This document shows positions 32,637 through 43,737 of a DNA stretch of 64,000 nt, piece after piece. Source of the stretch: Histomonas meleagridis 2922-C6/04-290x (taxonomy: Eukaryota > Protista > Parabasalia); NCBI GenBank assembly GCA_020184695.1, contig JAANOX010000069.1, positions 62,001-126,000 of the forward strand, given 5' to 3'. Each line of letters starts with the position of its first letter. Position 1 is the stretch's first letter. The notes under the pieces were generated by a model. The model was not told the origin of the DNA, searched no databases, and was given only the letters and a program-made list of their open reading frames with translations. The translations under genes and the position numbers were made by a program.

Positions 32637-35069
32637 TCAAATTATATTTTTTTTCTGTTGATACTGTTTTAACACCGTGAAAAATATTTTGTTCAATAAC
32701 GCATCAACTTTTTCTCCTTCGAACACTGTCTGTATTGCCACTATTTCCTTCGGATCACCTTTTGCAGCCTTTTCGAACTCGTTGTTTAATATGTTAACCA
32801 TTTCCACGATCATATTTTCGAATGGTGTTCCGACTCCGAATTGATGAATTGCTTCGACTAATTCCGGCCTTATTTTCATCACTACATACGAAGCAAGTGG
32901 AGGAGGAGAACACCACGAAAGTAACAATTGAAGAATCGAAACGACAAATAAACTTCGTTCACTTATATTAACATTTAAATCTTCGAATCTCAAATTATTA
33001 ATGTGATCGATAATGATATCAACCAAATGGAAATGTAAACAATCAACAATAACTCGTTGCGTACCAACAAGTGTATTATTCATCGTGTTATCAAAGTCTG
33101 AAAGTTTAGAAAAGATTCGAATTATTTTTGATGGAAGTTTTGTAGTAAGTGTCATTACATTAGGATTAAGCCAGAAAAATAATGAATCCCAAAAGTCGCG
33201 TCTAGCTACAAGTAATATAAAACTTTTAACTATTGGCGATTGAAGGACTTTCTCAATAAAACTGAAAAAATGTGAAAGAGTTTTTTGGGAATTAATGACT
33301 TCCATTTCAAGAGTTTTCTTACCAATAACACATGTAAGCTCAATAGGAACAGATAATAATGATTGAATTAAACCTTTATCAAGGTTTTGTTCAACAGAAA
33401 ATTTTACAAGTGATAAATAATATTGGGCGGTTATGTCAACGGTTATTTCTGATGGGATTTTAAGAAGAGAAATTCCGTATTGAACAAGTTTGGTGATGTT
33501 TGCAATAAAATAGAACTTCCAATTCTTTAGATAAGGCTTGGCACTTGATGATGTTAAGCCAGAAACTAGGATAGAACATTTACATGGTGTTGGATCAGTA
33601 TTAAATAAATATGTAAGAAGTTCCTTCGGGCGAGAAATTAATGTTAATGACATGTCATCAAACGCTGCCTTAAGAACAAACGAAGATGGATTGTTACAAT
33701 CAAAATGAGGAAAAAGAGGTGACGAAATCATCGACTCTGCTACTGCACAAGCAACAGCAATGAAATGTGGAGATAGCGCTTCAAAGCCATTAAAGCGATG
33801 GGTGTTACGAATTTCTTTTTGGAAAACATAATTTTCATAACCAATTAGAGATGACATGACTTTTGAGCTACTAACCAAAATACTAAGATTACATGAGGCC
33901 GTTGGAAGGTTTTTTATTGTAACAAATATAAGATTGAGAATTTTTTGGAGATATTCTGTATAAGCAAGTTTCTTGAGTTTATCCTTAGATTGGGATCGAA
34001 GAAGGATTGAGAGCTCAGTAAGGTTGTCAGGAAACTCATTAAAAATTGCGTTTTGTGCTGTTGTATCTATTGCAATATTATTATATAAAAACTTAAGTTC
34101 CTTAGGATCTTTTTGAAATTTATGGAAGTGGTGGTTAAGGATTTCTGCTTTCATTGATGGAGAAATAGATGCTAATTTGAGAAGATGATACTTATTATTT
34201 ATGTGAATATGATAATTAGAAAATCGGACAAGCTGAAGCACTGCATCAAGCTTTGCTAATTCGGGATGGTTTCTAATATCAGCAAGTGGAGGGGCTATGA
34301 TTTTCGAAGTTTTTACTTGTTGAAGGCAATAAACGGTCGACGCATTACAAAAAGATTCAGGCGAATACTTAAGGAACCTAGCAATAGTCGAAATAAGGAG
34401 AGAGACAGTCAATTTAAGGTCACTACTTGATAAAGGCTTGATTAAAAGGGATGCACTTATAAGGCATCGAGCAATTTCTGTTGATAGTTCTGGTGGAAGT
34501 TCTGAAACGCGTGCTGGGAAAATGGATTCAAGAATTATGTCGAGAGAATAAGAATTGCGCTTTGGGCTCATCACCCATTGTGTAAATCTTTTGGAAGAAT
34601 ACATTGTTCTAAGTAAATCACATGTATGTGGATATTCGTTAGCAACAACAAATGCTTGAAACCTTGAAAATGATGGTGAAAAGAGATATTGAGCCATAAT
34701 TGGTACTATATTGCTAGAAATAAGATTAAATACTACCATATCAAAATCATTTTTTAAAATACTTTCCCCATCGCATGCAATTTGCGAAAGTTTGTCAGTA
34801 ATAACTTCTAAAAAATTTAGAGTCATAAAAACATCAAAATGAACTGGCAGCAAAGAACTTAAAACAAAATATATTGCATGCATACACATTGTTTTTTGGG
34901 CGTTTTCTATTATCTCTTGAAGTGTTTTTAAAATTGATAATATCTCTTCGAATTCTGTCATCTCTGAAAAATTCATTTTTTCAAACTCTTCGAAATATAA
35001 AATATTGATAGGTTTGCTAATTTCTGCTTCATATCTTGGTGGTTCGCCCAATAAAACAGATTCTAGCAT
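32637..35069 (-). CDS. Hypothetical alpha-helical protein, 810 aa
   Basis: Long ATG-initiated ORF with no family motif that I recognise. Confidence 0.65.
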   Translation of the reverse strand: MLESVLLGEPPRYEAEISKPINILYFEEFEKMNFSEMTEFEEILSILKTLQEIIENAQKTMCMHAIYFVLSSLLPVHFDVFMTLNFLEVITDKLSQIACDGESILKNDFDMVVFNLISSNIVPIMAQYLFSPSFSRFQAFVVANEYPHTCDLLRTMYSSKRFTQWVMSPKRNSYSLDIILESIFPARVSELPPELSTEIARCLISASLLIKPLSSSDLKLTVSLLISTIARFLKYSPESFCNASTVYCLQQVKTSKIIAPPLADIRNHPELAKLDAVLQLVRFSNYHIHINNKYHLLKLASISPSMKAEILNHHFHKFQKDPKELKFLYNNIAIDTTAQNAIFNEFPDNLTELSILLRSQSKDKLKKLAYTEYLQKILNLIFVTIKNLPTASCNLSILVSSSKVMSSLIGYENYVFQKEIRNTHRFNGFEALSPHFIAVACAVAESMISSPLFPHFDCNNPSSFVLKAAFDDMSLTLISRPKELLTYLFNTDPTPCKCSILVSGLTSSSAKPYLKNWKFYFIANITKLVQYGISLLKIPSEITVDITAQYYLSLVKFSVEQNLDKGLIQSLLSVPIELTCVIGKKTLEMEVINSQKTLSHFFSFIEKVLQSPIVKSFILLVARRDFWDSLFFWLNPNVMTLTTKLPSKIIRIFSKLSDFDNTMNNTLVGTQRVIVDCLHFHLVDIIIDHINNLRFEDLNVNISERSLFVVSILQLLLSWCSPPPLASYVVMKIRPELVEAIHQFGVGTPFENMIVEMVNILNNEFEKAAKGDPKEIVAIQTVFEGEKVDALLNKIFFTVLKQYQQKKNII

Positions 35070-35259
35070 TTGGGTTTAAACCTGTCTTATAAAAAAACAT
35101 TCAATTCCAAATTTATTGTGAAGAAATAAAAATGTCATTTTGTTGGGCCAAAACTTAATTCTGGGGAAATGATCTTAACTAATGAATTATGTTCCTCAAT
35201 ACTATCACCATCTCTTACTTGACTAAAATAATATCATTGAAGTTTTTTAAAAACAAGAT

Positions 35260-36889
35260 TTATTTATTAATAATCATATGTGGAGTCATGAAAATTCAAA
35301 AATAATACCACAAAAAAATTATAATGAACAGCATCGAAAAATTAAAAAGAATTCTATTATTACAATTTCCACCTTTTGCCAAAAGAAGATCATAAACATC
35401 TTTCTTTTTTGCTATAGCAGCATAATGTAAAGGTGTTCTATTATCAATAAATAAATATTTAATTTATCTGTTACATTAGCTTTTGCTCCTTTTGATAATA
35501 AATTTTCAACAATTTCAATTATCCCTCTATGTGATGCAATATGTAATGGAGTTAAATTAAAGTTATCCATAGCATTTGTTCTTGCTCCTTCTTCTAGTAA
35601 AATTTTAACTATTTCTGGTGATGCAACTTCGCATGCTAAATGTAATGGCGTTCTTTATACATAGAAAAAATGTTTGTTTCATCTAATGAGTTCGGATTAC
35701 ATCCATTAACAATGCAAGAAATTATCATATTTGGGTTATTTGTTGTGATTGCAACATGAAGGATGTTTGAAACATATCAAAGAAACGACATAAACGAATG
35801 CTAGCGCCATTATCAAGTAAAAATGAAAAAATTTCAGTATTACCTAATAAAACAGATTTGATTAAAGACTCATTAATATGTAATTTGCAATCTTTCTCTA
35901 TTAGCAATTTGCATAACGCCATACTTTCAAATATCACAGAATATTCTAAAAGTGATAAATTATATTCATCGATAATTGAAAAATCATTACAATAATTAAT
36001 CAAATAATTAAAAATTGAAATTTCTTTTTTCTGTGCTGCAATAAGAATTGGTGTTTTATGGAATAAACTAAATAAACATTAAATAAAAAAGATAAACATT
36101 ATCAATTGTATTTGCATTAACACCATTTTCTATCAAGAATTGAACAATTTCAAAACTTCCAAATTGAACTGCTATGTGCAACAGTGAAATTCCATTATTA
36201 TCGATTTGATGAATACTGCATCCACTTTCAACAAGGAGTTTCACAATTTCGAGTTTTTTGGATTCGATTGCATAGAACAATGGAGATCTTCCATCATTTG
36301 TAAGATCGTTTACAATCATTCCAATATTCTTCAAGAACATAATTGATTGTAATGAACCGGATTGGCATGCAAAGTGAAATGCTGTTTCAAAAAATATGAA
36401 AAAAATCCATAAAAGAAAAAGATTCATTAAAATTATATTATAAATATTATTTTTTTCATTAGGATTAATGCCATTTCCCCATAGCCATTTTAACATTTTA
36501 TCTCTTCCAAACATTGCAGCATAATGAAAAGTCGTATTTCCATAAATATCTTTTGGTTTGAGATCTGCTCCGTTTTGAATTAAAACTTCCAAAATTTCAA
36601 TTGAACCGCCGGCTGCACAGAAATGAATTGGAAGACGAAATCCTTAAAAAAGAACATTACTATTATCTGGTTTATCAATTAATGCGCCATTTGCAATCAA
36701 ATAATGTAATGATGAAAACGAGCGAAAAAAAACAGCAATAGAAATTGGTGGAGGTCGATCTTTTAAAATAAAAGAACCATTATAAACAACAATGCCACAA
36801 TCAATATTATTAGATTGACTTAGGATTTGTGAAACTGTACTTTCTTTATCCCATCTAATAGCTAAGAAAAGAGGTGAATCAGAAACCAT
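35260..36889 (-). CDS. Ankyrin-repeat protein (locus C), interrupted by 11 x 17-nt and 1 x 18-nt elements; reconstructed 474 aa
   Basis: Three ORF-track fragments and further unlisted ankyrin repeats join into one 1425-nt frame from ATG 36889 to TAA 35262-35260 once 205 nt are removed. Confidence 0.8.
35290..36655 (-). other. Twelve intervening elements in locus C
   Basis: Elements at 36655-36638 (18 nt), 36445-36429, 36425-36409, 36405-36389, 36097-36081, 36077-36061, 35786-35770, 35671-35655, 35456-35440, 35352-35336, 35329-35313 and 35306-35290 (all 17 nt). Confidence 0.8.
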
Positions 36890-37226
36890 TGAAGCGACGC
36901 TTTCGAAGCGAAAAAATAACGTATTTGGGGCAGTCCAAACAAAAAAAAAAAATGATTTTCTCGAAATCAATCTTTTTATTATCAAAGAAATTTGGTAATC
37001 ATTTTGAGTACTCTAACTCATGTACTTAATACTAAATTTCTTCCTTGCATTGTGCAAAATGTAATTACTTTCTTAATTAGGTATCTTTCTTTTTTTATTT
37101 TGAGAATTCTATTTTATATTAATGGGTTAAATGATTTGATCAGGAAATTTGGAGAAAATCAAAATGCTTTGGTTGAAACATATTTTGTGATTCATATTGT
37201 ATTAAACCTTAAAAAAGTGGATTAGT

Positions 37227-39530
37227 TTATTTGTTATATTGTATAGTTTGGTTATAAAATAACCCAATTGAGTTCGGTAAGGTAATAGCAAAGAATGTTC
37301 CATTATGAAAAGCAATCAAATTGTTTTCATATAAACAAACACCAAAATTTGTTATTACTTGAGGATCATTTCCTCCATTTTTAAATTTATTTAAAACATA
37401 ATCTTTATCACATTTGATTGTAAAAGGATGAACACCAGATTTAATATTTCTTCCACCCAAAGAAATAATAATATTATTTATTATTATTGATGAATGCCCA
37501 TAAACCTTTGGAATCACATCCGATTTAAAAATTTTCCATTTATAATTAATTAAATCAAATTCACAAATATCATTTAAAACAGATTTATTATTTCTTCCAC
37601 CTATTATTATCATATAATTTCTATATAATACTGCTGAATGCATTGATCGAGGTGATGGAACAGTTCCTAATTTTTTGATTTTTTTCCATTTCATTGTTTC
37701 TAAGTTAAAACAATAAACACTATTAAAATACTTCTTTTTGTATCTTCCCCCGAATAGATAAATTTTATTTTTATATATTATAGAAGTATGTTCACAACGT
37801 GGTTTAAATTTTTGATTACAAGGATATATTTCGGTACAATTGTTAAACAAATGATCAACAACTAAGATTGAATTGAAATAATCAATTCCATTAGTTCCAC
37901 CTATAATGAATATTTTCTTATTACTTTCAGAAATTGAAAATCCTACACGATCAAGAAATTTTATTACTTTTGATTGAATGCTCCTTAAACTAAGATTAAG
38001 GAATATGGCAATAGGTGGAGATAAAAATATAAAAGATTTATCAACAGAAACACAAAAACTTTCTTTTGAAAATTCTTGATACTTGATAACAAAAGGATTT
38101 GACCAATAAAATATATGTGAATAATTTCCTTTTCTTTGATATAAAACATATCGTAAATTTTCTAATTTTTTTATTGTTGATAAAAAAATTGATACTCGCT
38201 TAAAATTAACAGTTATCTCTTTTTCATTATTACAAAATTTTATGGAATTTATATATGGATAATATTTGAATTTTTTTATCTTTTTATTAAAGAAAATTGT
38301 TTCATTAAATTTATCTACAGAATTAATTAGAATTAAATCATTAAACAAATATAACTTATATGAATTTTTATCTATTTTTACAATGCATTTGCATTTTAAT
38401 ACTCTAGAAGCTTTGATCAAATTAAATGGAGCTGATAATTTTTGTTGTATCTTCCATACTTTTTCTAATTGTTGAACTTTTTTTGTAGCTTCATCAATTT
38501 CATTATTTACTTTTTTAATTTTTTTAATCGTATATTGAAGTAATTCTGCATCAGGATGGTCTTTTGGTGTATACTGTTCCAATTCTGTGAGAAATAATAA
38601 ATAACGAGGAATCCTTTGTATTGGCTTTATTAATAAATTAAAAAATGGTGTTCCATCTTTTTCATGTATAAATAAATTCGGATTATTAAGTGATTTATGG
38701 TGAATTAATTTAATTATTGTTGAATAATTTGATATATAAGGCAATGAGACTTTAAAAAAATCACAAAAGTCAATGAAAATATCAGAAATAATCGATGAAA
38801 ATGAAGTTACTCTTTCATTTAATTTTTTTATAAACAAGGTATGACAATTTAAAATTATTGGAAAATATTTAAATATTTGTATTATTTCAGAAACAGAAAA
38901 ATCATTCGTATTTTCAAACTTTGGTTTCCAATAAGTAATTATTTCAATAAGATCTGATATATAAGCTAACTCAGTAGAAAAAATTTCTTGGAGAATGTTC
39001 TTTCGTTGTTTTATAATCTTAATAGAATTTTGGGATAAAGTACATGAAAACTCAATAGGTTTTATACGTGCTTGAGAAAATATTGCACTTGCACTATTAT
39101 CTAATGTAAAAGAATTAGTTGATCCATTTTTGTGTTCAAGAAGAAATCCATCATTAATTGTATTGAAAATTTCGTTTCCATTTTCAAACTTATTTGTTTC
39201 AAAAAATATTTTACTATAAATTTTTTCCTTAAAATTTGTAGCATTTATAATAATATTTAATATCAAAACATAATCATCGCTTTTAGGTTTAATTGATAAA
39301 TAAAAAGAAGGCTTTAATGTTTTTTCTTTTAGAATGAGTTGAGGATATAAAATCATTAATTCATTTTGTTCCAATATCTTTTCAGAAAAAATGTGTGCAT
39401 TAAAATAAAGGTCAACATTAAATAATTTCATTTTATCTAATAATTGTTTACATGTATACCCATTTATTTCCGAAGTATCTATAAACTTAATGCTATTATC
39501 TATATTAACAACGCATATATAAGTTGACAT
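37227..39530 (-). CDS. RhoGEF (DH-PH) protein with C-terminal Kelch repeats
   Basis: DH motifs RKNILQEIFSTELAYISDL and LIKPIQRIPRYLLFLTEL..TPKDHPD. Kelch motifs IFIIGG, PRCEHTS..IYLFGG and PRSMHSA..IIGG. Confidence 0.85.
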   Translation of the reverse strand: MSTYICVVNIDNSIKFIDTSEINGYTCKQLLDKMKLFNVDLYFNAHIFSEKILEQNELMILYPQLILKEKTLKPSFYLSIKPKSDDYVLILNIIINATNFKEKIYSKIFFETNKFENGNEIFNTINDGFLLEHKNGSTNSFTLDNSASAIFSQARIKPIEFSCTLSQNSIKIIKQRKNILQEIFSTELAYISDLIEIITYWKPKFENTNDFSVSEIIQIFKYFPIILNCHTLFIKKLNERVTSFSSIISDIFIDFCDFFKVSLPYISNYSTIIKLIHHKSLNNPNLFIHEKDGTPFFNLLIKPIQRIPRYLLFLTELEQYTPKDHPDAELLQYTIKKIKKVNNEIDEATKKVQQLEKVWKIQQKLSAPFNLIKASRVLKCKCIVKIDKNSYKLYLFNDLILINSVDKFNETIFFNKKIKKFKYYPYINSIKFCNNEKEITVNFKRVSIFLSTIKKLENLRYVLYQRKGNYSHIFYWSNPFVIKYQEFSKESFCVSVDKSFIFLSPPIAIFLNLSLRSIQSKVIKFLDRVGFSISESNKKIFIIGGTNGIDYFNSILVVDHLFNNCTEIYPCNQKFKPRCEHTSIIYKNKIYLFGGRYKKKYFNSVYCFNLETMKWKKIKKLGTVPSPRSMHSAVLYRNYMIIIGGRNNKSVLNDICEFDLINYKWKIFKSDVIPKVYGHSSIIINNIIISLGGRNIKSGVHPFTIKCDKDYVLNKFKNGGNDPQVITNFGVCLYENNLIAFHNGTFFAITLPNSIGLFYNQTIQYNK

Positions 39531-39928
39531 TAATTGATTATATCTTAATGATTAATTTTTTTGAAACAATTCAATATTGCTTCTAATAAAAATTAAATAA
39601 TAAAATAAAAAATTGAAAGCAATAAATGTAAAAAAGTTTCCTTGCCAATGCGTCTATCGTTAAAGGGAGATAAATCAAACATAAAATCTTAAGAACGAAT
39701 AAAAATCAATAAATATTTTTCATTACCAAAATATAATAAGAAATAGTTTATGAATCCATTTTCTAGTTAGAATGTAATCGTTTAATAATCATTAACAAAA
39801 AGTGATTTTGAAAAACTGCACAGTTTCATATCACATTTGGAAAAGTGTCAAATATTAGTTATGAAAAAGTCGCAACCGCTAATAATTGAAAATAACCTAC
39901 ACGATTTGAGCACATTATCTTCCTCAAG

Positions 39929-40747
39929 ATGTCCGAAGACGCTGTTTACGATCTTCTCCGTCGTGTTCAACCATCCGAAATTGAGCCACGCCTTTATGAT
40001 GTAATCCACCTTTGCCCAGATTTAACAGATACCCTTTTGAGCACTGTTGATACACCAATGAAAATTGAAAATGACCCAGAAGCTGGTGGTCAATTTGTGA
40101 CTTGCGAATTCAATCGTGATCTCGATAGCCACCGTTCACCACTTTCTAACAAGTATTACCCACCACTTCCAGATGGTCAACAAATCCCAAAGCGCTTGAG
40201 GAATATTGAAATCAAAGCTAATAATGCTTTCAATGCATATCGCCATCTTTACTTCCAAGGCGGTATTTGCTCTGTTTATCTTTGGGAAATCGAAGATAAG
40301 CTTTTCGGTTTCGGTGTTTTCATCAAGAACAACATCGACACTAAGCTCCGTACAGGAGAGAGAATTAAAGGTGTCATCGACTGCAGTGATGTTGTCGAAG
40401 TTGATGAATCATCTTCAAACGCTACATATACTTTAACTTCATCGGTTTTAATGCACATCTCTATCGACATTGGACTTACACAACCACTCTCAATTGGCGG
40501 TAGCACTGCTGATCGTAAAGTTGTCACAAAACCATGGAAGAACGACGATGATCACATTGTCAACGTCGGTGAACTTGTTGAATCAAACTCTGCACACTTC
40601 AGAGATTATATCGAGTCCATCTATATCTCCAAGATGAGACAAATCATTGAACTCATGTCCAACCAAGATGGACGTGCTCAACAAGCAGCTGTCGCTAATG
40701 AATTAGCAGCTCTTTTTGCAAAGAGGAGAGCTGCTGCTGGTCAGTAA
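39929..40747 (+). CDS. CAPZB: F-actin capping protein beta subunit
   Basis: DLTDTLLSTVDTP, CEFNRDLDSHRSPLSNKYYPP, YFQGGICSVYLW and HIVNVGELVE motifs. Confidence 0.95.
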   Translation: MSEDAVYDLLRRVQPSEIEPRLYDVIHLCPDLTDTLLSTVDTPMKIENDPEAGGQFVTCEFNRDLDSHRSPLSNKYYPPLPDGQQIPKRLRNIEIKANNAFNAYRHLYFQGGICSVYLWEIEDKLFGFGVFIKNNIDTKLRTGERIKGVIDCSDVVEVDESSSNATYTLTSSVLMHISIDIGLTQPLSIGGSTADRKVVTKPWKNDDDHIVNVGELVESNSAHFRDYIESIYISKMRQIIELMSNQDGRAQQAAVANELAALFAKRRAAAGQ

Positions 40748-40829
40748 ACCATTTACTGGATGATTTTAAACGTCACTTTTTGAGAAAACGAATAAAACCG
40801 TTTTTGATGAAACAAAAGAATGGAAATTT

Positions 40830-40987
40830 AGAGCAATACAAACATTGTTGATTGCAGAAATAGTATGGATACACATGAATTAAGAATAAAAAACAAATTT
40901 AGAAATTATTTAAAATATTTAAAACAGCTATTTGCAATTGAATATGGTCTTACTGAAATTGTTAAATTAATTGATAATATACACTGA
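40830..40987 (+). pseudogene. Decayed ankyrin relic retaining a 17-nt element
   Basis: aga-[aattatttaaaatattt, 40904-40920]-aaa aca gct, then a frameshift, then ttt gca att gaa tat ggt ctt act gaa att gtt aaa tta (FAIEYGLTEIVKL). Confidence 0.55.
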
Positions 40988-41420
40988 AGCTCAACTTGAT
41001 GATTCAAAATGCATTTGAAAAATATGCCCTTCATCTTGTAATGCATTGTTGTATTTAAAACTTAAGAATATATTCAAATAATATTAAAATGTTACATGTT
41101 CTGGAGATGAGCTTATGCTTTTAATATTAGAATATTCTATAATAATATCTGTGTTGTTTTCGAAATGAGCAAGAAATTCGTGTAAACTATTCAACATAAA
41201 TTTTTGACAATAAAGATAAAACAGCAAAAAAAGTAAAGCCGAGGATCGAAGGATAATTTCTCCAATGACCACAAATTACCTTTTTGTATATTATCCTTCA
41301 ATAGGCTATTCCAAGGATGAGATTTATTTTATCTCAGAAGATTTTGAGAGAAATTAAAAAACGTTAATTTTTAAATATAATTATCTCTTTGTAAATATGT
41401 AATTAACACAATAATATCAC

Positions 41421-42095
41421 CTACTGTGGACGTGGCGTTTTCCTTTTCTTTTTTTTAACAGGAAGTGATGAGTAATTTTGGCGTTTTCCTTTAATAGGTA
41501 CAGGAGCAGCTAAGGTTTGTTCACTGGAATTGCACTTCGGTTCTTCTTGAAACTGACTTATTTGCTCAAGTACAGAGTTATTATAATTAATGAGATTTTC
41601 AATCTCAGTTATACAGTCACAAAGCTCAGACTCACATATTGCTTTCCTCCCTTCTAAGTCGTCTTTGAGTTTTGCGAGAATATTTTCAGATTCATCTTTT
41701 TGAATTTGAGTGCTTCGAATCCTTTCTAATTCTTCTGTTAAGTTTTTTATTTGCTCTTCTAGGTCAGGACACACTTGGCCTTCATGGGTGGATATTGTTT
41801 TTAACAGTTTTTTTCTTTGTTCCACTGATTCTTGATATTGCTGTTCTAATTTATTAATATTACCTTCTTCCTTTTGAATCCATAATGAGATTGTTGCATT
41901 TTGTTCCTTTAGTTTTTTGATTTTTTTGTTAAAAATTGATATTAAATATTCTTCTTTTTGTTCATTTTGAATTGTAATCTTTTGAACTTCGAATTCGAGG
42001 TTCCTGTGTTCCTTTGAAAGTTCAGTTGTCTTCTCTTGTTCTGCAATCAGTATTGATTCTAGAGTTTCTAAATCTTCCTCTTCTAAATCGTTCAT
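41421..42095 (-). CDS. Coiled-coil protein (possibly CCDC6/DUF2046-like)
   Basis: Heptad-rich ORF with an EQKEEYLISIFNKKIKKL segment and a basic tail. Confidence 0.6.
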   Translation of the reverse strand: MNDLEEEDLETLESILIAEQEKTTELSKEHRNLEFEVQKITIQNEQKEEYLISIFNKKIKKLKEQNATISLWIQKEEGNINKLEQQYQESVEQRKKLLKTISTHEGQVCPDLEEQIKNLTEELERIRSTQIQKDESENILAKLKDDLEGRKAICESELCDCITEIENLINYNNSVLEQISQFQEEPKCNSSEQTLAAPVPIKGKRQNYSSLPVKKKKRKTPRPQ

Positions 42096-42181
42096 CGTTT
42101 GTCACTTTTGAATACCCTATTTTCAATGGGTACACTAAGAAAAGTGACCAACAGCCCAAGAAATCCAAAAAAATCAAAAAA

Positions 42182-42778
42182 ATGTATTACTCACCGCAAA
42201 GGAGCAGTAAAAAATTTTGCTCTGCATGCGATAAAGTAAAGAAAGATTTTCTTGGTGAAATAAATGGATATTTGAAAAAAACAGAAATTATATCACAAAG
42301 CCCAAATGTACAAAATACAAATAGGAAAAGACAAGAAATAATACTCTCACAAGAAGAGGAGAAAACGTACCCCCACGTTACATTTAATATTCATCCAAGA
42401 AACTTAGAATCAAATAATGTTTTAATACAATCAAATTCAAGAAACAAAGAGAACACCTCTAAAAAAGAACATCCAATTGAATCTGAATTTATCTCGACAA
42501 AAGGCATCACAGTACTTACTGAATTTAAGGAATCACATGATCAACAAAGAACAAATAACCAATTAACAACAAATAGTAAAACACGAATTAAAGAAATAAA
42601 TTCATTGAGTTTCACAAATCCAAATAAAAATGATCAAAAGAAAAAATTAATAACAAAATCATATGAAAATAGAAACGGAACTAAAAACAATAAAATAAAT
42701 ATAATTAAAAAAAGCCCACAAAAATCAGCAATAAACCACACGATCAATAGGAACATATCTTTAAACAAAAAAACATAA
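42182..42778 (+). CDS. Hypothetical low-complexity K/N-rich protein
   Basis: First ATG at 42182 (MYYSPQRSSKKFCSAC), downstream of TCACTTTT; weak evidence otherwise. Confidence 0.4.
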   Translation: MYYSPQRSSKKFCSACDKVKKDFLGEINGYLKKTEIISQSPNVQNTNRKRQEIILSQEEEKTYPHVTFNIHPRNLESNNVLIQSNSRNKENTSKKEHPIESEFISTKGITVLTEFKESHDQQRTNNQLTTNSKTRIKEINSLSFTNPNKNDQKKKLITKSYENRNGTKNNKINIIKKSPQKSAINHTINRNISLNKKT

Positions 42779-43270
42779 CTCAACACTTTCATTAATCACC
42801 AAAAATAAAAGTTTTTCCCTGAAAGAAGACAAATGTATTTTGTGATGTACATAAGCAATATATATACTTTGGTAAAATTCATTGTACACTGAACATAAAA
42901 CTACATTTATTGGTGACACTCGCTAACAAAGTCCAAAAACATTTTTGAGCGACGGTTTTATAAAATGAGGCCACCCCAAATGTGCCGATAGAGACCAATG
43001 ATCATTTGATCTTCTTTTATATATTATTTTAAATGAATACTTTTTTTATAAAATAAATTTAATCATATTAGAAATATAAAAAAAAATTTTGGTAAACTGC
43101 CGTGAGACACACTTATTTTCTAAATATGTTCTCCATGAATAATGGTACAGTGTAGGCGTGGGTTGTATAATAAGGGTCGCTCTACATGTTTTTCACTGCA
43201 GTCTATGGAAAAAAGCAAAAAAAGCATTTGCCCCAAATAATATTATTTAGTCTTTTTAATTAAATTTTAT

Positions 43271-43487
43271 AGCATTAACATGAAATGTAACTTCAATCTG
43301 TGGTACGCCGCGTGGTGCTGGTGGAATATCTGTTAAATCAAATGTACCAAGTTAGCTATTGTCACATTCGTGGACGTTCTCCTTCATAAACTTTAATTGT
43401 AACTGCGGATTGATTATCTGAGAATATTGTGAAAACATTTGACTTCTCCACTGGGGTTGTTGTTTTACATGGAATTAGCACTGTCAT
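43271..43487 (-). pseudogene. Hsp70 substrate-binding-domain fragment
   Basis: My translation gives [38 protein letters not shown], then a +1 frameshift and a stop, then [23 protein letters not shown]. Confidence 0.85.
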
Positions 43488-43737
43488 CTTAGAGTTCTAT
43501 AAGAAATATTATTTTATCAATAAACAGATTATTATGACATATTTAATTTATAAAAATAGCTGTAGCCTAGCCTACTAAATTGTGCTATTTTGCATGTGTG
43601 TTAATGTTTAATTAATGAAGACTTAACACAAGGGCGATTTTTTGTGAAGTAATATTATGGGGCACCCTAAATCGTTATTACAGCTTGAATAATTGAATGA
43701 TTTATTATGCTTTGAAAATGCCCACACACATTGCGCA

